A stretch of DNA of 64,000 nt, from NCBI RefSeq assembly GCF_018350175.1, contig NC_058376.1, forward strand, positions 1,922,001-1,986,000. The letters are read 5' to 3'. The notes beneath the pieces are model-generated. The model was not told the DNA's origin and ran no database searches. It was given only the letters and a program-made list of their open reading frames with translations. The position numbers and the translations under genes were made by a program. Below, in pieces: positions 11,635 to 24,399 of the stretch (the first letter of the stretch is position 1; every line of letters starts with the position of its first letter). This DNA is from Felis catus. Lineage: Eukaryota.

Positions 11635-11776
11635 TAGCGCATATGAAGTAGTGTTTCATTGTGGTTGTGATTTGCATTTCCCTGATGACTAATAATGTGG
11701 GGCATCTTTTTGTGTGCATGTTGGCCCTCTGTACAGCTTTGTTGGAGAAATATCAATTCAAGTTCCTTTCCCACTT

Positions 11777-11978
11777 AAAAAAAAGTGTATTTATTTTGAG
11801 AGAGTCAGAGAGAGTGTGAGTGGGAAAGGGGCAGGGAGAGGGAAAGAGAATCCCAAGTAGACTCTGCGTGCCATCAGCGTGGAGCCTGACACGGGGCTCA
11901 AACCCATGAACTGTGAAACCAGGACCTGAGCCGAAATCAATTTGGACGCTTAACTGATTGAGCTACCCAGGTGCCCCT
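11777..11978 (-). mobile_element. Can-SINE (older subfamily) nested in L1
   Basis: gagaatcccaagtag...ttaactgattgagctacccaggtgcccc. Confidence 0.88.
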
Positions 11979-14900
11979 CTCTGCCCATCTTTAAATTGGG
12001 TTACATGTCTTTTTGTTGCTGAGTTGTGTGGGTTCTTTATGTTTTCTGGTTATAAACTCTTATCAGACATACGACTTGCAAATATTTTCTCCCATTCTGT
12101 GGATTGTCCTGTCACTTTCTTGATGGTGTCTTTTGAATCACTAGAGTTTTTAATTTTGATGATGTCCAATTAATTTTTTTCTTTTGATCTTCATGCTTTT
12201 GGTGTCATAGCTAAGAACCTGTTGTCAAATCCAAGGTCACGAAGTGATTCCCCTATGTTTTCCTCTAAGACACTTTGGTTTTAGCGCTTACATTTAGGAT
12301 GTTTATGACTTTTAGTTAATTTTTGTATATGGGGTGAGGTAGGGGTCCAACTACATTATTTTGCATGTAGGAATCTGGCTTTTCTGGCACCGTTTGTTGA
12401 AAAGATGATTTCTTTCTCCACTGAACAGTCTTGAAATCCTTGTCAAAAATCAGTTGGCCACAAATATATGGGTTTATCTCTGGACTCTCAGCTTTACTCC
12501 GTCAGTGTGTATGTCTGTCCTATATGCCAGATGCCACACTGACTCAATCACTGTACTCTCGTAGTAAGTTTTGAAATCAGGAATTGTGAATCCTTCAACG
12601 TTCTTCATCGTTTTCAAGTTTATTCTATTCTAGACTCTTACCAGTTCCATATGATTTTGAAGCTCAGCCTTTTCATTTCTAGAGAAAGAGGCTTTGGGAT
12701 TTTGATAAGGATCACACTGGGGAGTACTGTCACCTTCAGGTTAAGCGTTCCCATCCATGAACATGGGATGTCCTTGCTCTTATCCTCGTCTCCTTCGGTT
12801 CTTCCAGCAGTGTTTTAGAGCGATCGGTGTACAGGTCTTTCACCCCCTTGGCTAAATTTATTGCTAGGTGTTTTATTCTTTTGGATATGATTTTCACTGC
12901 CTGAAAAAGTGTTGAAAAGCAGATGACCACGTACACACAAAATACAGCTACTTAGTTTTAGCAAAACACTCCTGCTTATTTAATACGTCTATTGCCAAGA
13001 ATGTGTTGTCGTGTTTACTACTCACTTAAGCATCGTTTACGTAGTTTTCTACTCATCTGTTTACTTATAGCACACCCGTGTTTGGAAGCACAGGTTGGAT
13101 TGTCGCCAGGACTTTGTGAGCACTGCTCCCGAAGTTTGCTAAAGCGTGCGGTGCTGTTGATGGCAAGTCTGATGCCAGTCTGATTTTTACTTTTCCGTAG
13201 GTGACTTTTTTGGCTTCTTTTGTTCTCCGGAGACGCTTTTGGGAACCACTTATTACCCATCCCATTCTGCAGTTCCAACAGGATGTGTCTGGGTTTTCCC
13301 CATTCCTTTTCTTGGTGTTGCTTAGTCCTTTAACCTGGGGACCGTGTTTTCCACTGTGGGAAGTGCTCCTCCCCGGGGATGCATTTCCTCATCCTCCCTG
13401 TGTCCTGACTGCCTCTCCTCCCGGCATCCCACACACCAGAGGCTGCAGCCCCCAGATGGGTCCCCAGGCTGGTTTCTTTCCTCTCATACTTCCTGCCTCT
13501 TTGATGTTTTGTTCTAAGTCTGAGAGACTTCTCAGCCTCACCTGCAAGGCCCTTTGTTTCATTTCAAATACCAACAATAGACCTTTTTGGGGTACGTTTT
13601 CTAACCGTTCCTTTTCAAAGCCTCTCGCCCCTTGCTCTATGGCTGTGACATCTTCTTGAATGTCTTTGAGTGTATTTAAGATTTGTTAAAAGGTGATTTC
13701 TGCTTCATGAGCTGTCCGCCTGCTCTGGGGTGTGTTTTCTGTTTGCTACCCCAGGCTGGCCTTCTCACGCCACTGGCTTTGCTCATACGCTGGGGTGAGT
13801 GTGGGAGTGGTCATGGCGGCCGGGCTCCCCTTCCGCTGCGTGTCTGTGCTGAGTTAGAGAAACCTCACCCGTGTAGGGAAGTTGACATGGTGCTCCGGGA
13901 TCGGGGGTGGGGCCCTGCCAGGTGGCGGGCTTACCTGGGAATAAGAAAGTTGGGAGCCCAGAAGCCAGGATGAGACTTATGTACATGGGGTGTCAACAGC
14001 CCCCCAGGAGCCTTAGCCTTTCCCGGGTGAGGTGTTAAATTGTCCTAGAGATACACACTGGCGGCGTTCTGGGGAGTTGCAGAGCCTCTGGGCACTCTGC
14101 CTCCGATGGCCCCGGGTGCCCCCTCCCCCGTAGACACACCTTCCTCCACCGGGCCTGCCCATGGGGACCAGGTGCTGTCGTGCTCCAGGGCCCAGGGCTT
14201 CCCACCTGCTCCACCCTGCCTGGAGGTCGGCACATCTCTGCTTCCCGTTGGCTTTGTTGCGTCCCTCACCCGTTGTAGGCTGACTTCTCCCCACGGCGGG
14301 TCTTGGGAGGTTGAGATGGGGACAGTAGGCCCAGCCTGCCATCTTGAATGGAAGCATCAGCTCTCTTGGAGTGCTGGCTTTCCCACTCCCCCCTGGCGCT
14401 CTGGTTTGGCTGACCCACAGTCCTCCTTATTTCATTTGAATGCGGGGTCCCCAAATTCTCTTTTCACCCCAGTTCACCTGGAATATTAGGCTGCCACGGC
14501 ATGAAAGCTCTTGGTTAAATTTCCCATCCAAAGCAGGAATCCCATTTGTGCCTTCTGTTTTCTTTTTAAAGGGAAATTTTATTTTGAACTACTTAGCTCA
14601 ACCATCATTTTCAACTATTTTTATTTTCATTTTATTGTGAAAAAAATCTCAGACATACAGAAAAACTGAAAGAATCACTCAGCGTGTAGCCACATATCCC
14701 GTTCTACAGTCAACAACTAACATTGTGCCTCACTTCCTTTCCCAGATTCTTACCCACAGACCGTCCCTCTACATTGCCAAGTCAGTCGCAAACAACAGTA
14801 CGCTTCACTCAAACACTTAGGAAGCATCCCATTAGTAGGAGTTTCTGTGCTCTTGTGTGTGAAGTACCGTGCCTCTTACGTGTGTCATTTGATGGCTTTT

Positions 14901-15474
14901 GACAAATGCGTGCATCTGAGTAAACCCTCTTGGGACCCACCACTGGACTGTGCAGCCAACCTTATCGGGGCCCTGGACACAGCCTGTGCCCAACCCTTTC
15001 GGCCCTGGCCCTAACGGTCCTCCCCAAATGTCCTCTGCCACCTGGTCAGTTTACCTGAACCCCCCAGAAGCAGCCCGTGTTCTGGCCGTTAAACATGTAA
15101 AGTAGTTCAGCTTGTCGCAGAGCCTCACTTAGACACAGTCGTGTGGCGGGCGCTCTCTGCCCGACTCTGCTCACCAACACCGTGTTGCTGAGACTAAACA
15201 GTGCGGTCCTCTAACTGCTGATTCGTGTGACTGTCGTGGTGTTTATCCATCCCTGTTGATGGGCGTGTGGGTTGATTGCAGTTCTGTCTGTTATTGAGAG
15301 AGTGGAAGAAACAGACCTCGTCTTCACGGCTTCGGTGCCCGGAAGCCAGGACGGTCCCCGGGTGCCTGTTATTTTGCAGGGCAGCTCTGGCTTTTAGGGA
15401 ACTTTTTGTTCTTTGAGCTGAAATCTGTGTCCCTGTCACCTTGGCTCTTTGGTGCAACCTCTTTTGCAGTATAC

Positions 15475-15674
15475 TTTTTTTAACGTTTGGTTTTGAGACA
15501 GAGAAAGAGCGTGAGCAGGGGAGGGGCAGAGAGAGAGGGAGACACAGAATCCGAAGCAGGATCCAGCCTCTGAGCTGTCAGCACAGAGCCTGACGCGGGG
15601 CTCGAACTCACAGACCGTGAGATCATGCCCTGAGCCGAAGTCGGACGCTTAACCGACGGAGTCCCCAGGCACCC
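15475..15674 (-). mobile_element. Can-SINE
   Basis: Consensus match. Confidence 0.92.
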
Positions 15675-16128
15675 CTCCTTGCTCTGGAAAGCCCGCATAT
15701 GACTGTGAGCAGCCGCGGTCACTCAGGCGGTGCCCCCCCTCCATTCCTTACCCTTTGTTGCGCAGTTTCTAGGCCCTGAGGAGCCCAGCACGAAGGTCCT
15801 CGCTTGAAATGGGGGGAAGGGAGGCCCCGTCGGGTTTGACAGCCTGGCCGCCGCTTCTGTCAGAGGGGCTCCCCAGCATGCCGAGGGGCGTGACCACCCC
15901 AGGAGGCCACCCAAGACAGGAGTCGTACTCAGACATCGGGTTGTCCAAGGGGACAGGTGACAGGGAGAAACGGCTTTGGGGGACACTCACAGAAAGAGAC
16001 AGCGCTGAGCAGAGAGAGGGATTTTTAATAGCTCCTGAGCTCTCATGGATAAGACACTGGGTGGGGATTCTAGCGTCTGTGGAGTGCGGCCCCGTCGGGG
16101 ATTCCATCATGAGATGTGGCGGGAGAGC

Positions 16129-16323
16129 TCACGCTCCGGGTGATTTGTAGCCGCAGTTAGGGGTGCCGCAGGGAACAGGCCTGAGGACCAGGGTGGGGCA
16201 GGAGGGCCGGCAGCACCCGGAGGACTGGCAGGAGGGGGTCACACACACAGCAGCCTTGCCGCTCACGGGCACGCAGCAGGCCAGCTGGCAGGAGCTGGGC
16301 ACACAGCTGGCGCTCACCCCCAT
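16129..16323 (-). pseudogene. 5'-truncated KRTAP12 relic (paralogue of 35617-35967)
   Basis: Translates ...CVPSSCQLACCVPVSGKAAVCVTPSCQSSGCCRPSCPTLVLRPVPCGTPNCGY.... It lacks the MCHTS start and a TATA box, and the original TAG is now TAC. ATTAAA at 16024-16029. Confidence 0.85.
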
Positions 16324-16324
16324 C

Positions 16325-16560
16325 CACCTTCGTGCTTCCTCTTCCCACCTGCAGTCTCCCCTCTCCCCCCTAATGCTCCCTCTTCCCACCTGCACACTCC
16401 TCCCCCATCCACCCTCATGCTCCCTCTTCCTGCCTGTGTTCTCCTCCTCAGTGCTCCCTCTTCCCGTCTGCATGCTCCTCCCCCCTCCGCTCCCGTGCTC
16501 CCTCTTCCCACCTGTGCGCTCAGCCCACCCCACCTTCCCCGCCCCCCTGCGGTGCTTCCC
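16325..16560. repeat. Degenerate pyrimidine-rich minisatellite, about 5 units of 35-43 bp
   Basis: Recurrent tgctccctcttccc(a/g)(c/t)ctg core. Confidence 0.7.
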
Positions 16561-16737
16561 TCCTGCGAGGGCCACTTTACTTCCCTTTCTCTGAAATGTT
16601 TCGCTTCACCCGGTTTCAAAGGACTTCTTTTTTGCTATCCATGGAGCTCTCGATGGGCAGTGCTTGTCCCCAGCACCTCAACACCGTTGCCACTTCTGTG
16701 CCGCTTCTGACGAGAAGTCAGCAGCTTCCTTCTCCTT

Positions 16738-16969
16738 CTTTTTTTATTTGTTTTATTTTTTTTAACGTTTATTCATTTTTGAGAGACAGAGCGAGAGCGG
16801 GGGAGGGGCAGAGAGAGAGGGAGACACAGAATCGGAAGCAGGCTCCAGGCTCCGAGCTGTCAGCACAGAGCCCGACGCGGGGCTCGAACCCATGATCCGT
16901 GAGGTCGTGACCTGAGCTGAAGTCGGAGGTTCAACGGACTGAGCCCCAGCCCCCGCCCCCAGGCGCCCC
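16738..16969 (-). mobile_element. Can-SINE
   Basis: Consensus match with a small insertion near the head. Confidence 0.92.
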
Positions 16970-19749
16970 TGGTGTCTTTTTTTAAAACCAGGTTTTGGAA
17001 GCTCGTCCATCGTGTGTTCAGCACATTGTTGGGCTTTGATTTCATCCCTCCTCCCGAGGGTGACCTTGCCTGTGTGTTAGACGGTCAGATACCGGCTCAC
17101 AGGCTCTTCTCAGTTTTTCCTCACTCTCGCTTCTCCTGCAGGTTAGATAATTTCCCTCGACGCGGATTCACTTTCACACGCTATTACTTCCGTCGTCGGT
17201 CCGCCGTTGGGACCTCCCAGTGGATATTTCATTTCCAAGCGCTGTGCTTCTCGGTTCCAATTCCCGGTTTTTAAAGCAGTTTCCACTTACCTGCTAACAT
17301 TCCGTATCCATTCACTCACAAAAGTAATATTTTCCTTTAATTCTTCGAACATCTGTTCCTTGGATTCTTGAAACATCTACAGTCGCTGCTCCACAGTCAT
17401 TGCCCAGCCACTGTCCGGGCCATCTCGGGTTTCACGACTATTGATTGATTTTTTTCCTTAACTGGTGGATTGCATTTTCTCTGCCTCTTGTGGCCAGTGG
17501 TTTTGTTGTTGTATATTGCAATTAATTACGGTGATACATTTAGAAGGCCTGCATTCTCTTTTCCTGCCTATTCACTTTGGTTCTGGGTGATCGCCAGTTA
17601 TTAATTGATCATGTTGAACTTGAGCAGGTTTTACACCTGCTCAGGGTGGCTCTGCGGGAAGCCCAGGGGGATTACTAAGCTCCTTGTCTTGGTGGGGGTC
17701 GAATTCCAACCGTCTTCTCTGGAAATGTTGCCACCGGTTGGCTTTGTTGGGGCAGGCCCGGAGTAGGGCTTCCTGTGGGTCTGGTCGCTGCTCCGGACGC
17801 CTGACCGTGTGGGGTCCTAGCAGCATGTGGGGGCTCCCCCTCCGTCCTGCGGCACACGCTCAAAGTTAAGCCTCCGGTGGTGTTGCCCCGAGCACAGACA
17901 ACCCTGCCACCTTGGACAGATTTACAGCAGCCTCTCACGCAGACTCACGCACGTTCCCTCCCTCCTGATGCCCCACTCCTGGGATTCTAGCTGCTTCTGC
18001 TGCCCGAGCGCGGGGGGCCTTCCTCCTCGGCAAGCGGGCCGTCTGTTCTGCGAAAACCCCAGCCCACTGAACGGCCTTCGGGATGCTGGCCTGGGCAGAG
18101 CCGGGCGAAGGCCGAGCGTCTCTCGTGTGCACTCTTCCTCTCAGCAGCCGGTCTGTGTCGGTCGGACCGGCCGCGGCCCGAAGACAGAAGGCTCGTCGCT
18201 GTTCTTGGGTCGTGTCGTTGAGGGAGCGCTAGACTACCAGCGCTCCGCGAGTTTCCCCGGTATCGTTCCGTTCTCCAGACTCAACACTTGTCTGTTCTGG
18301 GAGGTTCCTGGTCCACACAGCAAAGGCTGTGGCTTGAGGGGCCCTGCAGGTGTCATTCCTGTCTGCCTCGGTGTGGGCCCCACGGAGACAGGCAGCTACC
18401 GGGCTCTCTTACCCCCCTATCGCCACTAGAACGGTTGGAGGACGTGGCTAGGTGTGTGGCTGCTGAGACAGAACCAGGCAGACTCCTGTCAGGGACAGCC
18501 TGTCCTGGAAAACCGTAGATGACACCCCCCGCCCAAAAGAGGTCACGGTTTTACGCTGAGATGGCCCCGTCCAGGCAGACCCCCGCCGGCGCTCTCTGCA
18601 GGCGGGCGGGCCCCAGAGTCTGCGAGCAGAAAGGAGTGGAGCGGGGGGTGGGAACACTGACGGACGTCAGTCCTCACGGAGGAGACCTCGGAGTGGGGAG
18701 CGGTGTCTCCCTAACAAACAGGGAGGCCCACGAGTGTTTGTCTGGGCCCGGATGTGCATGCCTCTGTGGGGGTGCCTGCACCTCCCCGAGCTGTGTGTCC
18801 ATCTTTGGGGCCGTGCGCCAGAAAATTCTCGTAAACCAGTCCTGAGTCTTGTGATGCAGCAGCCTCCTGCAGAAGCGTTTTCAGAAACGCCATCAAGTTC
18901 TCGGGGTGTTCTCACTGTCGGCGGGGCGGGGGGCATGCAGGTGGCAGGAGAGACCTCGGATTCTTTGTAGGAAAGGTATGGAGGTCATCCAAAGGCGCTC
19001 TCTGGAGTTCACAGGCCAGAGCCCCGAGGAGGGTGGGGAGTGCTCCTCCAGGCCGGCTTTCAGGCCCGAGACGTCAGGCGAGAGCCCCAGGGAGGAGAGG
19101 AAGACCCACCGCTGACTCAGCCCGTCACCCGGGTCCCAAGTGACCCTGTGTGTCCATCCGCGGCCCCCCGGTCCTCACGCGCTTCCCGGGGACGCCCCTG
19201 CTTCCTGTAGGGCCGCACCCCTGTGCAGCGGATGCCCTGGCTTTGTGCAGCCTGCTTCTCTAATGATGAGGTTTTTCTCACGACGAGGATCAGAGGTCAC
19301 TGCCCGCCAGGAGTTCTCCATGACCCGTGCCCTCAGTCCACACCCGTGCTGTGGGCCAGTGGTCACCGTGTCCTTCCCGTGTACCGGCCGCCGCGTGACC
19401 TCCAGCTTCTGGGACACTCGGACGTGAGCCCGACACTCTCGATCTCCCCGTGTCTGCCCCGGAGCCTTCCTGATGGGCAGAGGCTGTTCGGGGACGTCAT
19501 CGCACACAGAGGGAGGTCGGGAGGTCCGCGTTTTCAGATTCACGCAAACGTAGCTCGTGTGAAATGGTGAGGAACGAGGCGCCAGTGACACACTCGGGCA
19601 GGTTTCCAAGTGCAACACGAGCGTGGGGAGGGGCAGTTAGTCACGCGGGCGAGCGCCAAACAAACAAAACACGTGCAACAGAAAACTAAGTTCTGGGAGA
19701 CGGCCCGGAAGCAGCACAAACCAGGAAGACAACTGTTCTGTCCCGTGTT

Positions 19750-19777
19750 GCCGGGACGCCCACGGCCCAGTATAAAG
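19750..19777 (+). promoter_or_regulatory. KRTAP12 core promoter (GGACGCC + TATA)
   Basis: GGGACGCCCACGGCCCAGTATAAAG, with TATA 80 bp before the ATG. Confidence 0.7.
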
Positions 19778-19850
19778 GCGGCCCAGGCAAGGAGCCTCCA
19801 GACGTCCCCGCCCTCCTCCCTCCCGGACACCGGCCGAGCCCCACGCCAAC

Positions 19851-20138
19851 ATGTGCCACACCAGCTGCTCCGCGGGCTGCCAGGCTTCCTGCGGCTCCTC
19901 CGGCCCCTGCCAGGCGTCCTGCTGTGTGCCCGTGAGCTGCAAGCCCGTGTGCGTGCCCGTGAGCTGCAGACTTGTCGTGTGCGTGCCCGTGAGCTGCAGG
20001 CCCACGTGTGTGCCCTCCTGCCAGTCCTCCGTGTGCGTGCCCGTGAGCTGCAAGCCCGAGTGTGTGCCCTCCTGCCGGCCCTCCTGCCCCACCCTGGTCT
20101 GCAGACCCGTGTGCTGTAGCTCCCCGTGCTGCTTCTGA
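19851..20138 (+). CDS. KRTAP12: Keratin-associated protein 12 family member, 95 aa
   Basis: MCHTSCSAGCQ... start and CVPVSC repeats typical of KAP12. TATAAA at 19771-19776, AATAAA at 20377-20382. Confidence 0.93.
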   Translation: MCHTSCSAGCQASCGSSGPCQASCCVPVSCKPVCVPVSCRLVVCVPVSCRPTCVPSCQSSVCVPVSCKPECVPSCRPSCPTLVCRPVCCSSPCCF

Positions 20139-21689
20139 CCAGGGGTCTCCTAACACCTGCTCTGGGGGCAGAGGGGGCCCCACCCGTGCCCCTCCGGTGA
20201 GGACCAAGTCTTCGCCCGGCCTCCAGTTCTGCACGTGGCAGCTCAAACATTCCCGATGAGTCGTCTGAACCCTGGGGCGAGGACGGAGCAGGACGAGCCG
20301 GATCCCCCTGTGACCCTGCGTGTCTCCGCCAGGGTCCTTCTCTGTCTCCGGCAGGGAACCCAGCCCGTGTGAGCCCAATAAATCGTGCCTTCCTGAGGCA
20401 GCTTTCTACCCCTGTCTCTCTGTTTCTACGTTTCCTGCCCACTGAGTCGGCGCTACGGAGCGGGGAGGGCTAATCCCCTCCTCAAGGCGGCTCGTCCGCG
20501 CTGGGGGCTCCCGGTGGAGGGGGTGGCCGCCGGCCTCAGGCCCCCATGACCCGTGGCCCGGTGCGTGTGGCCGCGGCCAGCGACTCGCCCTTTTCCAAGG
20601 CTGCTCTTGCTTCCCCTGGCTGTCAGTTCCGGCCCTCAGTTCATGATTCACTTGTGTCGCTGGTCCACGTGCGGCCCAGTGTTAATTGATCGATGATCAG
20701 TTATTATTATAATAAACCCCACGAACCCACTACCCAACGTGGAAGCTAGAGCACCGTCGGTAATTCACCCCGGGCTTCTCAGGGAAACCGCTGTTAGAAT
20801 CGTGTGCTACCTTCTAAAAAAGAGAGCGGAGTCACCTCTGCGTGGCCCCGAAGCGCGTGTTTTCTCATGCAGGGCCCTGAGGGACGTCGGAAGGTATTGT
20901 CCTGCACCCCTGGCCTCGGACTTGCTTTCTTCACTCCGAGCACTGTTGCTAGGATTTCTCTCGGGTCCCACGTCGTGTCCTGTGTCCTCTTGACCCTTCC
21001 CGCCTGCTCCATGCTGGGGCTGTTTCGGCTGAAACCTGGTCCCGTAGATGGGCAGGTGTGGGTGCCGAGGGAACAGGGGACCGGAGGGCCTGGCCGTGGA
21101 CTGTCCATGCCCTCCTTTGGCACCTGTGACCTTTCCATTTGGGGCAGCCGACCGCCCGTCCCCCGGCAAGGCTCTCTGTCTGTCTGGCAGAGTCTCAGGC
21201 TGGTGGGCAGGTGCATGGGAGCCTGCCCCCCCCCCCCCCCCACCCCCGGGAACACGCACCTGCCGCAAGCCCCGGGCGACGGTGGAGAGGCAGGGACACC
21301 GGCTTCTCACCCACCTTGTCTCCAAAGCCACTGCACCTCCATGCCTGGTTTCTGGGGGTTGTTTTGTAATGAATTTTCTGAGTCGGAGAAGTGGGTGCGT
21401 TTGAGACCCACCGGCAGTGTAGTCTGCCGCCACCTCCCCCCACCCCCGCCGCCCCCCGGCTTTGCTCCCGGCTGAGGTCGAGAGGCCTGCACTGCGGACT
21501 GGAGCCTGGCTGCCCTCCCACCCCAGGGATGGCCTCCGGAGCCTCAGTCCTTCCTCCTCACCCAGCTCTGCGGTGACTAGATGTCACAGTACCTGGATCC
21601 TGCCCGACCCCACCCCCAGGCCCCATTGTCCCTGAGCTCCCGAGGAGGCCGGTGGGGGCCGGGAGGCAGGTCAGCTCTCTGGATGTGGC

Positions 21690-23482
21690 TTTTTTTTTTT
21701 TAATTTAAATTTTAGTTAACATGCAGTGCAATGTTGGTTTCAGGAGTAGAATTCTTTGATTCATCCCTTACATACAACACCCAGTGCTCATCACAAGTGT
21801 CCTCCTCAGTGCCCATCACCCACTTAGCTCCTCCCCCACCCACCTCCCTCCATTCTCCCCCAGCTCATTCTCTGTCATTGAGAGTCTCTTGTGGGGGCGC
21901 CTGGGGGGCTCAGTTGGTTAAGTGTCTGACTTCAGTTTAGGTCATGATCTCCTGGTTCATGGGTTTGAGCCCCTTGTCGGGCTCTGTGTTGACAGCTCAG
22001 AGCCTGGAGCCTGCTTCGGATCCTGTGTCTCCCTCTCTCTCTCTTTGCCCCTCCCCTGCTCATGTTCTTTCTCTCTCTGTCTCTCAAAAATGAATAAATG
22101 GTAAAAAAAAAATTTTTTTTAAGAGTCTCTGTGGTTTGTTTCCCTCTCTTCTCTTCACCCCTTTCATATGTGTTCATCTGTTTTGTTTCTACATATGAGT
22201 GAAATCATACAGTATGTGTCTTTCTCTGACTGACTTATTTCACTTTGTGTAATATATTTCAGCTCCATCCATGTAGTTGCAAATGGCAAGATTTCATTCT
22301 TTTTCATTGCTGAGTAGTATTCCATTATATATATATATATATATTATATATACCACATCATCTTTTTCCATTCGTCACTGGATGGACATTTGGACTCTTT
22401 CCATAATTTGGCTGTTGTCAATAGTGCTGCTATAAATATCGGGACGCGTGTGCTCCTTTGAATCAGCATTTTTTGTATCCTTCGGGTAAATACTCAGTAG
22501 TGTGATTACTGGGTCGTAGGGTAGGTCTATTTTCACCTTTTTGAGGAAACTCCATACTGTTTCCAGAGTGGCTGCACAAGTTTGCGTTCCCACCAGCAGT
22601 GCAAGAGGGTTCCCCTTTCTCCACATCCTCGCCAACACCTGTTGTTTCCTGAGTCNNNNNNNNNNNNNNNNNNNNNNNNNNNNNNNNNNNNNNNNNNNNN
22701 NNNNNNNNNNNNNNNNNNNNNNNNNNNNNNNNNNNNNNNNNNNNNNNNNNNNNNNNNNNNNNNNNNNNNNNNNNNNNNNNNNNNNNNNNNNNNNNNNNNN
22801 NNNNNNNNNNNNNNNNNNNNNNNNNNNNNNNTTTTTGGGTGTTCAGTTTGAGAAGTTCTTTATAGATTTTGGATACTAATCCTTTATCTGACATGTCGTT
22901 TGCAAATATCTTCTCCCATTTTGTCGGTTGCCTTTTAGTTTTGCTGATTGTTTCCTTCACTGTGCAGAAGCTTTTTATCTTGATGAGGTCCCAATAGTTC
23001 ATTTCTGCTTTTGTTTCCCTTGTCTCTGGAGACATGTCAAGTAAGAAATTGCTGAGGCCGAGGTCAAAGAGGTTGCTGCCTATTTTCTCCTCTAGCATTT
23101 TGATGGTTTCCTGTCTCGTATTTAGGTCTTTCATCCATTTTGAGTTTATGTTTGTATATTTTTATTTTTGTGTAAGAAAGCGGTCCAGGTTCATTCTGCA
23201 TGTCGCTGTCCAGTTTTCCCAGCACCACTTGCTGAAGAGACTGTCTTTATTCCATTGGATATTCATTCCTGCTTTGTCAAATATTAGTTGGCCATACGTG
23301 TGTGGGTCCATGTCTGGGTTCTCTATTCTGTTCCATTGGTCGGAGTGTCTGTTTTGGTGCCAGTACCATACTGTCTTGATGATGACAGCTTTCTAATACA
23401 GCTTGAAGTCTGGGATTGTGATGCCTCCAGCTTTGGTTTTCTTTGTCAGGATTCCTTTGGCTGTTTGGGGTCTTTTCTGGTT
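21690..23482 (-). mobile_element. Carnivore L1, 5'-truncated (3'UTR and ORF2 C-terminus)
   Basis: Poly-T at 21690; ORF 22463-23134 KDLNTRQETIKMLEEKIG...WDLIKIKSFCTVKE...WEKIFAN is L1 ORF2. Confidence 0.95.
21893..22120 (+). mobile_element. Can-SINE nested in L1 3'UTR
   Basis: ggggcgcctggggggctcagttggttaag head; flanking agagtctct repeats. Confidence 0.92.
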
Positions 23483-23699
23483 CTGTGGATGTGGCTTTTG
23501 CGTCCTGGAGGCACCAGTACTTCCAAGGGCAGTCTCACTACTGGCCGTCTGAGATTTCCAGCCCCTTTAGTCTTCCTTAGGGACAGGTGATAAACTTAGA
23601 GCTGCAGAACTGCTTTTACAACCTTTTAGCTGCACGGACTAGAACCTATTACATTGTTTGAATTTGGGGGACTTTGGTAAACTGAGCCAGTTGACTCGG

Positions 23700-23826
23700 A
23701 TGTATGTAGACATGCACCCACGTACTTGCATATGATGTATGTATGCACACACACACACAGTATATATGTATGCACCGTGCACACACCAGTGTATGGCCCT
23801 CCTACACACACGCACACACATGCACG
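23700..23826. repeat. Alternating purine-pyrimidine (CA/TA/TG) tract
   Basis: Imperfect RY repeat seen directly. Confidence 0.7.
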
Positions 23827-24399
23827 AGGCATCTGGTTTCCCCAGCCAGCAGTGGGAGGTGAAACCCACAGAGTAGAGATGGGGTGCGGACAGTGACATA
23901 ACAGCACCCCCTGAAGCTCCTCCCCAGAGGCCCCACTCAGCCTGCTCAGAGCCTATGGGACCCTCAGGCCACTCGGAGCCTCTGTTCTGTGGTGCTGCTT
24001 TTCCACATCGGGCATGTCTTAGGAATGAGGTTTTACAACATGAGAACCCAAAGAGGAGAATGGAAATCTGACAAATGTATTAATTAGGAAAAGGTCCTCC
24101 AGGAAAGTGCGATTTTCTTCAAAGCCACGATAAAGGGAAGAAAATGAGCAAGTCCGAAACGGGGCCTGTGGGCTGTGTTTCCACCCGTCCCGGGAAGGAG
24201 GTCTGTGGAGAGGGGAGGCTGGTGTGGGTCGGGACGGGACAGATCTCACTGGGCTCCTTGATGTGACCGGAGTGATTCCTCCAGGACTTGGAGGCCGGGA
24301 ATGGATGTCCTGCAGCAGGTGGGGGCACCAAAGGGGACAGGCATGCAGGCGAGGGCAGGGCAGGAGGACTGTCATACACAGGGCCACCCGCACCTCACG

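Larger units (their letters stand above)
9990..12890 (-). mobile_element. Old L1 3' region (3'UTR and ORF2 end), split by an N gap and a SINE
   Basis: Typical antisense L1 text (ttgcatttccctgatgactaat, ttgcaaatattttctcccattctgt, ccatccatgaacatgggat); minus-strand ORF fragments such as KHLAINLAKGVKDLY. Confidence 0.85.

Noticed and set aside
10410-11774. ORFs of 346-454 aa full of X (and similar ones at 22.5, 29-30 and 51-52 kb)
   Set aside because: Artefacts of N gaps within L1 sequence.
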